DNA of 40,406 nt from an uncultured Burkholderiales bacterium (GTDB lineage: Bacteria; Pseudomonadota; Gammaproteobacteria; Burkholderiales; Burkholderiaceae_C), in NCBI GenBank assembly GCA_903925445.1, contig CAIYFE010000033.1:1-40406 (forward strand), read 5' to 3'. Below the pieces are notes generated by a model. The model was not told the origin of the DNA, did not search any database, and saw only the letters and a program-made list of their open reading frames with translations. Position numbers and translations under genes: made by a program. Below are positions 19,717-29,541 of this stretch, piece by piece (the stretch's first letter is position 1; each line of letters starts with the position of its first letter).

Positions 19717-21189
19717 TCAAACTCCCCAATGCGGAATGTGATGGCCACCCAAACTCACCGCGATATTTTTGGGTTCGCAAAAGACTTCATAACTCCAAGT
19801 GCCGCCTTCGCGCCCCGTGCCGCTGGATTTGGTGCCGCCAAAGGGTTGGCGCAAATCGCGCACGTTTTGGCTGTTGACAAAACACATGCCCGCTTCAATC
19901 GCTGCGGCCACGCGATGCGCACGACCGAGGTTTTCGGTCCACACGTAGCTGCTCAAGCCGTATTGAATGTCGTTGGCTTGCGCAATCGCATCGGCCTCGT
20001 CTTTGAATGGAATCAAGCACGCCACGGGACCAAAAATTTCGTCTTGCGCGATGCGCATGCGGTTGTCGACATCGGCAAAAACTGTCGGCCACACAAAGTT
20101 ACCGCGTGCCACCGATGCCGGCAATTCCGGAGCATAGCTGGGGCGATCCATCCCGCCGCACAACAGCGTTGCACCTTCTTTGCTGCCCAGTTCGATGTAG
20201 CTGCGCACTTTGGCCAAATGGCCTTGGCTGATCATGGGGCCGACGATGGTTTGTTCATCAAGGGGATCACCTACACGGATGCGCTTGGCGCGTTCGACAA
20301 AGCGCTGCACAAAGTCGGCGTAAATGCTTTGTTGCACCAAGATACGGCTGCCCGCCGTGCAACGCTCGCCGTTGTTGCTGAAAATCATGAAGAGGGCGGC
20401 ATCCAAGGCGCGGTCTAGATCGGCGTCGTCAAAAATCACGAAGGGTGATTTGCCGCCCAATTCCATGCTGAATTTTTTAAGCCCCGCCGTTTTGACAATG
20501 TGGTTGCCCGTGACGGTGGAGCCGGTGAAGCTGATGGCGCGCACATCGGGATGCGCCACCAAAGGCTCGCCCGCGTCTTTGCCATAACCGTGCACCAGGT
20601 TGAGCACGCCAGCGGGCACGCCTGCTTCGAGGGCCAATTCACCCAGCCGTGCAGCGCTCATCGGTGACAACTCGCTCATCTTGAGCACCGCGGTGTTGCC
20701 AAACGCCAAGCAAGGCGCGACCTTCCAGGTGGCGGTCATGAAAGGCACGTTCCAAGGACTGATGAGTGCGCACACGCCCACGGGATGAAACAAGGTGTAG
20801 TTCAGGTGGGTGGGCGTGGGGTAGGTGTGGCCGTCGACGCGGGTACACATTTCGGCAAAGTAGCTGAAGTTGTCAGCCGCGCGCGGCACCAGTTGCTTGC
20901 CCGTTTGGCTGATGGTTTGTCCACAGTCTTGCGTTTCGATGCGGGCAATGTCGGGGACGTGTTGCGTGATGAGTTCGCCCAAACGGCGCATGATTTTGGC
21001 GCGCTCGGTCGCGGGCGTGTTGGCCCATTTGGGAAAGGCTTCTTTGGCCGCGGCCACGGCGGCGTGGACCTCCGCAGCGCCGCCCGCTGCAACCTCGGCC
21101 AACACCGCTTGCGTGGCGGGGTTGAGGGTTTCAAAGCGCTGTGCGCTGTCGATCGATTTGCCGTTGATCAAATGTTGAATGTGAGCCAT
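19717..21189 (-). CDS. hpaE: 5-carboxymethyl-2-hydroxymuconate semialdehyde dehydrogenase
   Basis: SPWNVPFMTATWK, MELGGKSP, NGERCTAGSR, NSQNVRDLRQPFGG, HHIPHWG. Confidence 0.96.
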   Translation of the reverse strand: MAHIQHLINGKSIDSAQRFETLNPATQAVLAEVAAGGAAEVHAAVAAAKEAFPKWANTPATERAKIMRRLGELITQHVPDIARIETQDCGQTISQTGKQLVPRAADNFSYFAEMCTRVDGHTYPTPTHLNYTLFHPVGVCALISPWNVPFMTATWKVAPCLAFGNTAVLKMSELSPMSAARLGELALEAGVPAGVLNLVHGYGKDAGEPLVAHPDVRAISFTGSTVTGNHIVKTAGLKKFSMELGGKSPFVIFDDADLDRALDAALFMIFSNNGERCTAGSRILVQQSIYADFVQRFVERAKRIRVGDPLDEQTIVGPMISQGHLAKVRSYIELGSKEGATLLCGGMDRPSYAPELPASVARGNFVWPTVFADVDNRMRIAQDEIFGPVACLIPFKDEADAIAQANDIQYGLSSYVWTENLGRAHRVAAAIEAGMCFVNSQNVRDLRQPFGGTKSSGTGREGGTWSYEVFCEPKNIAVSLGGHHIPHWGV

Positions 21190-21194
21190 GTGCT

Positions 21195-21962
21195 TTAGCC
21201 TTGTGAAATGGTGTTGGTGAGTGCGCCAATGCCTTCGATCTCGGTGACCACCACGTCACCCACTTGGCAATCGACCACGCCATCGGGCGTGCCGGTGAGG
21301 ATCACATCGCCTGGGTGGAGCGTCATGAAACTGCTGAAATATTCGATCAGCGTAGGCACATCAAAAATCATGTCGCGGGTATTGCCTTGTTGAGTAAGGC
21401 GACCGTTGACGGTGGTGCGCAAATTCAATTCCAAACGATCGCCGTATTGCGCATGAAGATCGGCCGCATCGACGCGCCAAGGACCCAGCGGCGTGCAGGT
21501 GTCACGGTTTTTCACGCGCAAGTTGGGGCGATACCAGTTTTCAAGATAGTCGCGGATGGCGTAATCGTTGGCGACGCTGTAGCTGTCCACATAATCCAGC
21601 GCATCACCCTTGCGCACGTGTTTGGCGCGCCGACCGATGATCACCGCCAACTCGCATTCGTAATGCATGAACTTCACACCTGCCGGGCGGCGGGTGAACT
21701 GGCGGTGTCCAATCAGCCCCGCCTCGCCTTTGACAAAGGCCAACGGTTCCTTGGGGGGTTCTTTGAACGCCAACTCTTTGGCATGGTCGGCGTAATTCAG
21801 CCCCAAGGCCAGCACAGTGCGTGGACGCGCCACCGCAGACAAAGGGGCAAGCCACTGCACGGCGGCTTGCTCAACCGTGCGCCCATCGGAGAGCCGCAAC
21901 TGATCGTCTTGTTCGGTGGCGTCAAACACATGACCTTCAACCATCACGCGTGCGTGTTTCAT
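21195..21962 (-). CDS. hpaG: HpaG isomerase/decarboxylase, C-terminal subunit (FAH family)
   Basis: ALGLNYADHAKEL, MHYECEL, NDYAIRDYLENWYRPNLRVK, ILTGTP. Confidence 0.92.
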   Translation of the reverse strand: MKHARVMVEGHVFDATEQDDQLRLSDGRTVEQAAVQWLAPLSAVARPRTVLALGLNYADHAKELAFKEPPKEPLAFVKGEAGLIGHRQFTRRPAGVKFMHYECELAVIIGRRAKHVRKGDALDYVDSYSVANDYAIRDYLENWYRPNLRVKNRDTCTPLGPWRVDAADLHAQYGDRLELNLRTTVNGRLTQQGNTRDMIFDVPTLIEYFSSFMTLHPGDVILTGTPDGVVDCQVGDVVVTEIEGIGALTNTISQG

Positions 21963-22645
21963 GCCGACTCCTGAACCAATGGGTTGCGCAACACCCCCAG
22001 CGCTGGGGCTTGGGGTGCGTGGATTTCGATCACATCACCAGCGCGGGCGCGTGGTCGACGTGCTGCGTCTTCGCCCTGGGCGCAGACATCCAAGCCGAGC
22101 ATGAGCACATCACCCGCTTGCAACGTCATGAACTCGCTGACATCGGCGAGCAACGCAGGCAAGTGGCGGCGCATGTGTTGCAAATCGACGGTTTGACGCA
22201 ACACACCGTTGACGTGCACTTGCAGGGTCAGCGCGTTGGGGTGTGGCACATCCACCGCAGGCACCAAGGTAGCGCCGACGCCCAAGAAGCCATCCAGATT
22301 TTTGTATTTGACGGGTGGGCGATAAAAGCCTTGGGCGCTCACGCTGTGCGGTATCGACACATCGTTGAGCAGCACAAAGCCTCGAATGTGGGGTGCATCG
22401 CTGGCGTTGGCCGCGCCCATGACCACCCCCAACGTGGCACCGATTTCAATCTCTGGCACGTGAGCGGGCAGGGCAATGGCCGATGCGTGTGCTGACCACG
22501 TATTGGCGGTTTTGATGTAGAGCACCGGCGCCGAGGGTGGCGCTTGATAGGGCGCTTCGTGCATGGCGCTTTCGCACAGCGACCATTCGTGCTGTGCGTT
22601 GAGCAAAACGCCGTAGACCGTACCGTGAATGGGAAGAGGGGCCAT
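21959..22645 (-). CDS. hpaG: HpaG isomerase/decarboxylase, N-terminal subunit (FAH family)
   Basis: GTVYGVLLN, PYQAPPSAPVLYIK, FYRPPVK, EFMTLQAGDVL. Confidence 0.88.
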   Translation of the reverse strand: MAPLPIHGTVYGVLLNAQHEWSLCESAMHEAPYQAPPSAPVLYIKTANTWSAHASAIALPAHVPEIEIGATLGVVMGAANASDAPHIRGFVLLNDVSIPHSVSAQGFYRPPVKYKNLDGFLGVGATLVPAVDVPHPNALTLQVHVNGVLRQTVDLQHMRRHLPALLADVSEFMTLQAGDVLMLGLDVCAQGEDAARRPRARAGDVIEIHAPQAPALGVLRNPLVQESA

Positions 22646-22649
22646 GTGT

Positions 22650-23102
22650 TCAGTCCTGTGAATCTAATGCAATGACTTCGTCGAGCAAGCCGTAAAGCGT
22701 TTGCAATTTGTCTTTGCCCAAGCGTTGCTCCATCCAGCGGTAATGCGCTTCGATGGTGTGCGAGAGCGTTTGTACGCTGTCCAAACCTTTGCGGGTTGCG
22801 CGCACCACGGTGCGGCGTTGGTCGTTGGCGTCGCGTTCGCGCTCGATCAAGCCGTCGCGCTCCATGCGCGAGAGCACACCGCTCAAACTCGGGCCAATGA
22901 TGAAAGCTTCGCGGGCAATGTGTCCGGTCTCCACGCCTGCGCCACCCTTGGCGTGGTCTTCACCCAACACCCGCAAGACCCGCCACTGCTGATCGCTCAA
23001 GCCATGCCCGCGCAAGCCGGGGCGCGTGTGCGCCATGACCGACTCCCGCGCTTGCAACAGCAAACGCGGCAGATTGCGGTGGGTGAAGGGAGGTTGTTTC
23101 AT
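22650..23102 (-). CDS. hpaR: MarR-family homoprotocatechuate repressor
   Basis: HRNLPRLLLQARESVM, LSDQQWRVLRVL, PSLSGVLSRMERDGLI, DQRR. First gene of the hpa run. Confidence 0.92.
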   Translation of the reverse strand: MKQPPFTHRNLPRLLLQARESVMAHTRPGLRGHGLSDQQWRVLRVLGEDHAKGGAGVETGHIAREAFIIGPSLSGVLSRMERDGLIERERDANDQRRTVVRATRKGLDSVQTLSHTIEAHYRWMEQRLGKDKLQTLYGLLDEVIALDSQD

Positions 23103-23109
23103 GGCGGTG

Positions 23110-23133
23110 AATTATTTAGCATGTTAAATAATT
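23110..23133. promoter_or_regulatory. Putative HpaR operator
   Basis: AT-rich 24-bp near-perfect palindrome AATTATTTAGCATGTTAAATAATT, 7 nt upstream of the hpaR start codon. Confidence 0.78.
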
Positions 23134-23228
23134 TGCGAGGACAAGCCAAGGGGGTTCAGGCCGCTCTGGGTCTAGGACTTACCCTTGAAAACAAGGAATA
23201 CTGTTTGTTCATCCAGTATCATCGCCCA

Positions 23229-24611
23229 ATGGCCAAAGACAAAACCCTCTACAGCTGCACCGAATGCGGAGCGACCAGCCCCAAATGGTTGGGCAAATGC
23301 CAAAGCTGCAATGCTTGGAACACGCTGGTCGAAAGCGTGGCCGAGCCCGGCGCTGGCGTCAGCAAAAACCGTTACGCAGGCATGGCGGCTTTGGCGCCTG
23401 CATCAGAAGTGGCCGTGCTCAGCGACATTCAAGCGCAAGACGTCGCGCGCACCCCCACCGGACAAGAAGAGCTCGATCGCGTGTTGGGCGGCGGCATGGT
23501 CGAGGGTGGCGTGGTGCTCATTGGGGGCGATCCCGGTATTGGCAAATCCACGCTGTTGTTGCAGGCCATGGATGGTTTGCAACGCAGTGGCATGAGCACC
23601 TTGTATGTCACCGGCGAAGAATCCGGCGCTCAGGTGGCCTTGCGGTCGCGGCGTTTGGGGCTGGACCACAGCCAAGTGCAGGTGTTGGCGGAAACCCAGC
23701 TCGAAAAAGTGCTCGCCACCATTGACAAATTGCAACCCGCCGTGGTGGTCATGGACTCGATTCAAACCGTGTATTCAGACCAACTCACCAGCGCCCCGGG
23801 GTCGGTGGCGCAGGTGCGAGAGTGTGCCGCCCATCTCACGCGCATGGCCAAATCCAGCGGCACCGCCGTTGTTTTGGTCGGGCACGTCACCAAAGAAGGC
23901 GCCTTGGCTGGCCCGCGCGTGCTCGAACACATGGTCGACACCGTGCTCTACTTTGAAGGTGACACCCATTCCACCTACCGCTTGGTGCGCGCCATCAAAA
24001 ATCGCTTTGGGGCGGTCAATGAAATTGGGGTTTTTGCCATGACCGAAAAAGGGCTCAAGGGCGTGAGCAACCCCAGCGCCATCTTTTTGAGCCAACACAC
24101 CGAGCCGGTGCCCGGCAGTTGTGTGCTGGTCACGCTCGAAGGCACGCGTCCCATGCTGGTCGAAATCCAAGCCTTGGTGGACAGTGGCGGCCCCTCGCCA
24201 CGGCGCTTGAGTGTGGGCTTAGACCGCGACCGCTTGGCCATGTTGCTGGCGGTGTTGCACCGTCACGCTGGCGTGGCGTGCATGGACCAAGATGTGTTTG
24301 TCAACGCCGTGGGCGGGGTGCGCATCAGCGAACCCGCTGCCGATTTGGCGGTCATGCTGGCCATCCAGAGCAGTTTGCGCGGCAAACCCCTGCCCCAAGG
24401 CTTCATGGCTTTTGGTGAGTTGGGTTTGGCGGGCGAAGTGCGTCCCGCGCCACGGGGACAAGAACGCCTCAAAGAAGCCGCCAAATTGGGCTTCAGCGTG
24501 GCGGTCATTCCCAAAGCCAATGCGCCCAAAAAGCCCATCGAAGGCTTGACCGTTCACGCCGTGGAGCGGGTGGACGAGGCCATCGCTTTGTTGCGCCATT
24601 TAGACGCGTGA
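23229..24611 (+). CDS. radA: DNA repair protein RadA/Sms
   Basis: Zn finger CTECG...CQSC, Walker A GGDPGIGKST, KNRFG motif and Lon-like C-terminus. Real start is MAKDK at 23229. Confidence 0.97.
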   Translation: MAKDKTLYSCTECGATSPKWLGKCQSCNAWNTLVESVAEPGAGVSKNRYAGMAALAPASEVAVLSDIQAQDVARTPTGQEELDRVLGGGMVEGGVVLIGGDPGIGKSTLLLQAMDGLQRSGMSTLYVTGEESGAQVALRSRRLGLDHSQVQVLAETQLEKVLATIDKLQPAVVVMDSIQTVYSDQLTSAPGSVAQVRECAAHLTRMAKSSGTAVVLVGHVTKEGALAGPRVLEHMVDTVLYFEGDTHSTYRLVRAIKNRFGAVNEIGVFAMTEKGLKGVSNPSAIFLSQHTEPVPGSCVLVTLEGTRPMLVEIQALVDSGGPSPRRLSVGLDRDRLAMLLAVLHRHAGVACMDQDVFVNAVGGVRISEPAADLAVMLAIQSSLRGKPLPQGFMAFGELGLAGEVRPAPRGQERLKEAAKLGFSVAVIPKANAPKKPIEGLTVHAVERVDEAIALLRHLDA

Positions 24612-24654
24612 GATTGCGTACAGCCCCCGCTTGCGCCTCAGAGACAATGGCGAG

Positions 24655-25044
24655 ATGAATTTTCAACGATACGCAATTCCTCTGGTCGCCATCGCTTTGA
24701 TGGTTTGGGCATGGCAAATTTGGGGCGGGATGGGCGTGGCTTTTGTGGTCAGCGCTGGTGTGATGTGGGCATTGCTTCATTTCACGCGCATGGTTCAAAC
24801 CATGAGCCGCGCCAGCAAACGGCCAATCGGCTTCGTGGACAGCGCCGTCATGCTCCATGCCAAGCTCAAACCGGGCGTGAATTTGCTGCACGTCATTGCC
24901 ATGACCCGAGCCTTGGGCCAGTTGGAGAGCGAAGCAAACGCGCAACCCGAAGTCTTCAGCTGGCGCGATGGGACGGACTCGGTGGTGCGATGTGTCTTTG
25001 TGCAGGGCAAGCTGCAAAGTTGGACCTTGGATCGGCCTAGTTAA
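24655..25044 (+). CDS. Small membrane-anchored hypothetical protein
   Basis: Two N-terminal hydrophobic segments followed by a small beta-rich domain. Fills the radA-ilvE gap in the same orientation. Confidence 0.75.
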   Translation: MNFQRYAIPLVAIALMVWAWQIWGGMGVAFVVSAGVMWALLHFTRMVQTMSRASKRPIGFVDSAVMLHAKLKPGVNLLHVIAMTRALGQLESEANAQPEVFSWRDGTDSVVRCVFVQGKLQSWTLDRPS

Positions 25045-25100
25045 AATCTACGAATCATGGCCGCTGTTGCCATACAACTTACGAATCCAAAGGAAATCCC

Positions 25101-26039
25101 ATGAGCGTGCTTCCCCCCTCCATGTCTGACCGCGACGGCAAAATTTGGATGGACGGTCAAATGGTGGATTGGCGCGACGCCAAGATTCACGTCTTGACCC
25201 ACACCCTGCATTACGGATGCGGCGCATTTGAAGGCGTGCGTGCCTACAACACGGCCAACGGCACCGCCATTTTTCGCTTAGAAGAACACACCGATCGCTT
25301 GTTCAACAGCGCCAAAATCTTGCGCATGAAGTTGCCTTTCACCAAAGAAGAGGTCAACGAAGCGCAAAAAGCGGTGGTGCGCGAAAACAAACTTGAGAGC
25401 TGCTACTTGCGCCCCTTGACTTGGATTGGCGACAAAAAACTGGGCGTTTCACCCAAAGGCAACACCATTCACCTGATGGTGGCGGCTTGGGCCTGGGGCG
25501 CTTACTTGGGCGAAGAGGGCATGAAGCGCGGCATCCGTGTCAAAACATCAAGCTACACACGCCACCACGTCAACATCACCATGACGCAAGCCAAGGCGGT
25601 GAGCAACTACACCAACTCCATCTTGGCCAACATGGAAGTCACCGACGAAGGCTACGACGAAGCGTTGTTGCTGGACACGGCGGGTTTTGTGTCTGAGGGC
25701 GCGGGCGAAAATATTTTTGTGATCAAAAACGGCGTCATCTACACGCCTGATTTGTCAGCAGGCGCATTGAACGGCATCACCCGCAACACGGTGTTTCACA
25801 TCGCCAAAGATTTGGGTCTTGACATTGTGCAAAAGCGCATCACCCGCGACGAGGTGTACATCGCCGATGAAGCATTCTTCACAGGCACAGCCGCAGAAGT
25901 CACGCCAATTCGTGAACTCGATCGCATCGAGCTGGGTTCGGGCAGCCGAGGCCCGATCACCGAGAAAATTCAAAACGCGTTCTTTGACATCGTCAATGGC
26001 CGCAATCCCAAATATGCACATTGGTTGACGAAAGTTTGA
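25101..26039 (+). CDS. ilvE: Branched-chain amino acid aminotransferase
   Basis: LHYGCGAFEGVRAY, GYDEALLLD, EGAGENIF, LNGITR, FFTGTAAEVTPI. AAGGA RBS. Confidence 0.97.
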   Translation: MSVLPPSMSDRDGKIWMDGQMVDWRDAKIHVLTHTLHYGCGAFEGVRAYNTANGTAIFRLEEHTDRLFNSAKILRMKLPFTKEEVNEAQKAVVRENKLESCYLRPLTWIGDKKLGVSPKGNTIHLMVAAWAWGAYLGEEGMKRGIRVKTSSYTRHHVNITMTQAKAVSNYTNSILANMEVTDEGYDEALLLDTAGFVSEGAGENIFVIKNGVIYTPDLSAGALNGITRNTVFHIAKDLGLDIVQKRITRDEVYIADEAFFTGTAAEVTPIRELDRIELGSGSRGPITEKIQNAFFDIVNGRNPKYAHWLTKV

Positions 26040-26041
26040 GC

Positions 26042-26245
26042 ATGAGCAACACGATCGAACTCAAGGCCAAAGACCTCAACGGTCATGGCGGTGTGTTTTG
26101 CCCCAATCCTGCGGCAGACATGAAACTGTGGAACAGCCACCCCAAGGTGTATTTGGACGTTGCCAGCACCGGTGAAGCCAAGTGCCCTTATTGCGGCACG
26201 CATTACAAACTCAAAGCCGGCGAGCACGTTGGCGGCCATCACTAA
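26042..26245 (+). CDS. zf-CHCC zinc-finger protein
   Basis: CP...HPKVYL...CPYCG pattern; starts 2 nt after ilvE. Confidence 0.88.
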   Translation: MSNTIELKAKDLNGHGGVFCPNPAADMKLWNSHPKVYLDVASTGEAKCPYCGTHYKLKAGEHVGGHH

Positions 26246-27281
26246 AAACAGCCTCTTCATCGCACCGCAATGGATTGGCGATGCGGTGATGACCGAGCCC
26301 TTGGTGCGCCGCTTGGTCGCGCGGGGTGAGCGCCTGACCGTGGGCGCCTTGCCCGCGATTGCGCCGGTGTACCGCGCCATGCCTGGCGTGGCGCAAGTCG
26401 TTGAGCTGCCCGCCCAGCGCGGGCGTTTGCAACTGCGCGAACGGCTGCACATTGCACGTGCGTGGGCGGGTTGTTTTGAGACGGCTTATGTGTGTCCCAA
26501 CTCATTCAAAAGCGCGCTCATTCCGTGGCTGGCACGCATTCCGCGTCGTGTGGGCTATACCGGCGAAATGCGTTGGGGTTTGCTCAACGAGCGCTTGGCC
26601 AATCCCAGCAAAGAACATCGTCCACCGATGGTGGAGTTTTATGCCGCCTTGAGCCTGCTGGGGCAATCGGGGCCGATGCGTCTGAGTGGCGACTTGCGGC
26701 CTCGGCTGAGTTTGCTGCCCATGGTGACCGAAGTTGCCTTGGAGCAGTTGGCTTCGCGCCGAGATTTGCCCACGCTGGCACGCAACAGTTTTGTGGTGTT
26801 CGCGCCGGGCGCCGAATACGGCCCCGCCAAGCGCTGGGCGTCCGAAAACTTTGCGGCGGTTGCGGCGCAACTGGATCGGCCGGTGTTGTTGCTGGGTTCA
26901 GCCAAAGACCGTGAGGTGTGCGATGAAATCGCCACACAAGCCAATGCGCGCAACAAAGCTTGCTGCTTCAACTTGGCTGGCGAGACCACGCTGGATCAAG
27001 CCTTTGCTTTGATCTCCTTGGCGTATCGGGTGTTGAGCAACGACTCTGGGCTGATGCACGTGGCGGCGGCTTTGGGCGTGCCTCAAGTCGCGGTGTTCGG
27101 ATCTTCCAGCCCAGAGCACACGCCGCCTTTGAACGACAAAGCCAAGGTGGTTTGGTTGCGCGTCGATGCCAACTACTACCCGCCCTTGGCTTGTTCACCT
27201 TGTTATGCGCGTGAATGTCCGTTGGGGCACACCCGCTGCTTGAGCGACATTTCGCCCGAGCGCGTGCTGGCGCTGCTTTAA
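26229..27281 (+). CDS. waaF: Lipopolysaccharide heptosyltransferase II (GT9)
   Basis: APQWIGDAVM, PNSFKSAL, GYTGEMRWGLL, PGAEYGPAKRW, NDSGLMHVAAA, CSPC..RECP.GH..C. Start is uncertain; TTG at 26229 chosen. Confidence 0.92.
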   Translation: MAAITKNSLFIAPQWIGDAVMTEPLVRRLVARGERLTVGALPAIAPVYRAMPGVAQVVELPAQRGRLQLRERLHIARAWAGCFETAYVCPNSFKSALIPWLARIPRRVGYTGEMRWGLLNERLANPSKEHRPPMVEFYAALSLLGQSGPMRLSGDLRPRLSLLPMVTEVALEQLASRRDLPTLARNSFVVFAPGAEYGPAKRWASENFAAVAAQLDRPVLLLGSAKDREVCDEIATQANARNKACCFNLAGETTLDQAFALISLAYRVLSNDSGLMHVAAALGVPQVAVFGSSSPEHTPPLNDKAKVVWLRVDANYYPPLACSPCYARECPLGHTRCLSDISPERVLALL

Positions 27282-28285
27282 ATTGCGTTGAATGCGCCCA
27301 AGCGTGCTTGGGCTTGCGCGCTGATGGTGGCCAGCAATTGCGCCGCAGCTGGCACGTCGTGAATCAGCCCCACGGCTTCGCCCACGGTGGCGTGTGCGCG
27401 GTTGAAGTCAGCTTGTGCCACGCCTTGTTCGTAATCCAGCCGTGCGACCTCTGGGTGGGCTTTGAGTACTTCCAAGCGATGCTCCCAGTGGCGGTGCAAG
27501 GCATTGCGGATGGCGCGAAAGTCATAAGGCGCGGGCCAGTTTTTGCGGCGCAAGATGTCAAACACTTCGCTGCGCGCGGTGCCATCGCCGTTGGTTTGGA
27601 TGGCTTGGGCTTTGGCGCCTGGTGCAGCCAGACTTTCTTGCGTTGCCCACAGGCGTGAGCCAATCAATGCGCCGTCAGCGCCCAGCATCAAGGCGGCGGC
27701 CAAGCCGCGTCCATCGGCGACGCCGCCTGCCGCCAAAAGCTGAGTGGCTGGCGCGTGCGCGGCTAACCAATCGGCAATTTCTGGCACCAAAGCCAAAGTG
27801 CCGCGACCCAGTTGCGCATTCATGCCGTGGCCACCGGCTTCGGCGCCTTGCGCCACGATGACGGCCGCACCCGCTTCGACAGCTTGCGCGACTTGCTCTA
27901 ACCGCTGAACTTGGCAGATCAACAGCGCGCCCGCTTGTGCGATGCGAGGGGCATAAGGCCGTGGATCACCGAACGACAGCATGATGGCGCGGGGTGCTTG
28001 CGTCAGCACCCAATCGAGTGCGCTGGCGTCTTCGTCCAGCTTCCAAGTGATGAAGCCACAGCCCAAGCGGTGCGTGTGGCCGTCCAGCAGCGTTTGCGCC
28101 AATTGGTATTCACGCTGCGTCCACAGCAAGTCGCCGTAGCCGCCGCCCACCAAACCCAGTGCGCCGGCTTGCGCACACGCGGCTGCCAATGCGCCGCCCG
28201 AGGCCAGCGCCATGGGCGCCAAAGCGATGGGCGTGGTGAGCGCAAAGGTTTGTGAAAAGCGGGTGTTCAAGTTGGCGTAGGTCAT
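27278..28285 (-). CDS. Nitronate monooxygenase-family flavoprotein
   Basis: PIALAPM, AGALGLVGGGY, VAQGAEAGGHG, LAAGGVADGRGLAAALMLGADG. Start trimmed to 28285. Confidence 0.9.
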   Translation of the reverse strand: MTYANLNTRFSQTFALTTPIALAPMALASGGALAAACAQAGALGLVGGGYGDLLWTQREYQLAQTLLDGHTHRLGCGFITWKLDEDASALDWVLTQAPRAIMLSFGDPRPYAPRIAQAGALLICQVQRLEQVAQAVEAGAAVIVAQGAEAGGHGMNAQLGRGTLALVPEIADWLAAHAPATQLLAAGGVADGRGLAAALMLGADGALIGSRLWATQESLAAPGAKAQAIQTNGDGTARSEVFDILRRKNWPAPYDFRAIRNALHRHWEHRLEVLKAHPEVARLDYEQGVAQADFNRAHATVGEAVGLIHDVPAAAQLLATISAQAQARLGAFNAI

Positions 28286-28307
28286 GGCGCCATTGTGCCA
28301 AGTTGGC

Positions 28308-29534
28308 TCAGTGTTGCGCCAGCCGCACCACAAAGCAGGCTCCGCCGCCAGGGCGATCTTCGCAATGCACGGTGCCGTTGTGGCGCTGTACGATGGAGCG
28401 TACCAAGGCCAAGCCCAAACCCACGCCGCCGTCTTTTTCGCTGGCACCCGGTAAGCGATAAAACGGCTCAAAGATGCGTTCGCGCAAGGCCAGTGGCACG
28501 CCAGGGCCGCGATCGCACACGCGAATTTCGAGCACTTGGTTGGGCAACTGAATCAGCGCCAGGGAGATGTCGTCGCGCCCATAGCGGCGCGCGTTTTCTA
28601 GCAAGTTGCGCATCATGCGCCTGAGCAGCTTGGCCACGCCAAAGACAAAAATGGGTTGCGGCTTGTCGCCCAACTCCAGTTCTGCATTGGCGTGTGCGCA
28701 CTCTTCGCTGGCCAGGCCAATGATGTCAACGCTTTCGACGGTGCCCACATCGACTTCTTGGGTGTCGAGTCGGCTGGCGAGCAAGATTTCATCAATCAGT
28801 TGATCCAACTCGACCACGCTGCGTGAAATTTCTTGCTTGAGCGTCTCCGATGGCAGGTTGCCCATCAACTCCAAACCCATGCGAATGCGGGTCAAGGGCG
28901 AGCGCAACTCGTGCGAGGCATTGGCCAGCAAGGCTTTGTGCGACTGAACCAGCAACTCGACTTGCTCGGCGGCATGGTTGAAGCGCTGCGCCAAAAAGGC
29001 CACCTCATCGTCACCAATCACCGCCACACGGGCCGACAAATTGCCCGTGCCCCATTGCTCAACGCCTTTTTGCAACTCCTCTAAGTGCCGTGTGAGTTGA
29101 CGCACGATGGGATAGACCGCCAACGCCACGGCCAAACCCACCAAACCCAAAGTCCAAAAAAAGCCAAACGGGGGACGCGACCAAAAACTGTGGGGCGGGC
29201 GGGGCAGGTGAATGTGCATGACCGCGCCATCGTCCATCGTCACCAAAAACTCAGGACCACTGCCGAAGTGACCGGGCGGATGCATCAAACCCGGCGGTTG
29301 GGGGTCGGGCGCTTCGATGGGAAGGCTGTCAGGGGCACGAAAGCGGGCTTGGCCTTTGCCGATCACCTCGCCTTGCAGATTGCGCACCACCACTTCGCGC
29401 AACGGAGGTTCGGCGGTCATGCGCATGACCCAGCCGGCAATCAAGGTGAGCAAGGCCACCACCAACACCACCGCCAGCCAAATGCGCACATAAAGCGGCA
29501 GGCTGAGCAATCGGTCGGAGGCGCTTTTGGACAT
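28308..29534 (-). CDS. Sensor histidine kinase (2 TM, HAMP, HisKA, HATPase)
   Basis: H-box NASHELRSPL, N-box NLLENA, DRGPG, IFEPFYR, GVGLGL. Confidence 0.95.
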   Translation of the reverse strand: MSKSASDRLLSLPLYVRIWLAVVLVVALLTLIAGWVMRMTAEPPLREVVVRNLQGEVIGKGQARFRAPDSLPIEAPDPQPPGLMHPPGHFGSGPEFLVTMDDGAVMHIHLPRPPHSFWSRPPFGFFWTLGLVGLAVALAVYPIVRQLTRHLEELQKGVEQWGTGNLSARVAVIGDDEVAFLAQRFNHAAEQVELLVQSHKALLANASHELRSPLTRIRMGLELMGNLPSETLKQEISRSVVELDQLIDEILLASRLDTQEVDVGTVESVDIIGLASEECAHANAELELGDKPQPIFVFGVAKLLRRMMRNLLENARRYGRDDISLALIQLPNQVLEIRVCDRGPGVPLALRERIFEPFYRLPGASEKDGGVGLGLALVRSIVQRHNGTVHCEDRPGGGACFVVRLAQH

Positions 29535-29541
29535 GGTGTTG

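Noticed and set aside
22701-23228. 176-aa N-terminal extension of RadA
   Set aside because: It overlaps hpaR on the opposite strand. RadA homology begins at MAKDK (23229), which has its own -10-like element.
28286-28471. N-terminal extension of the nitronate monooxygenase, and similar extensions of lplT, alr, hpaI, hpaF, hpaD and the aldolase
   Set aside because: These are longest-ORF artefacts overlapping neighbouring genes; family homology starts at internal ATGs.
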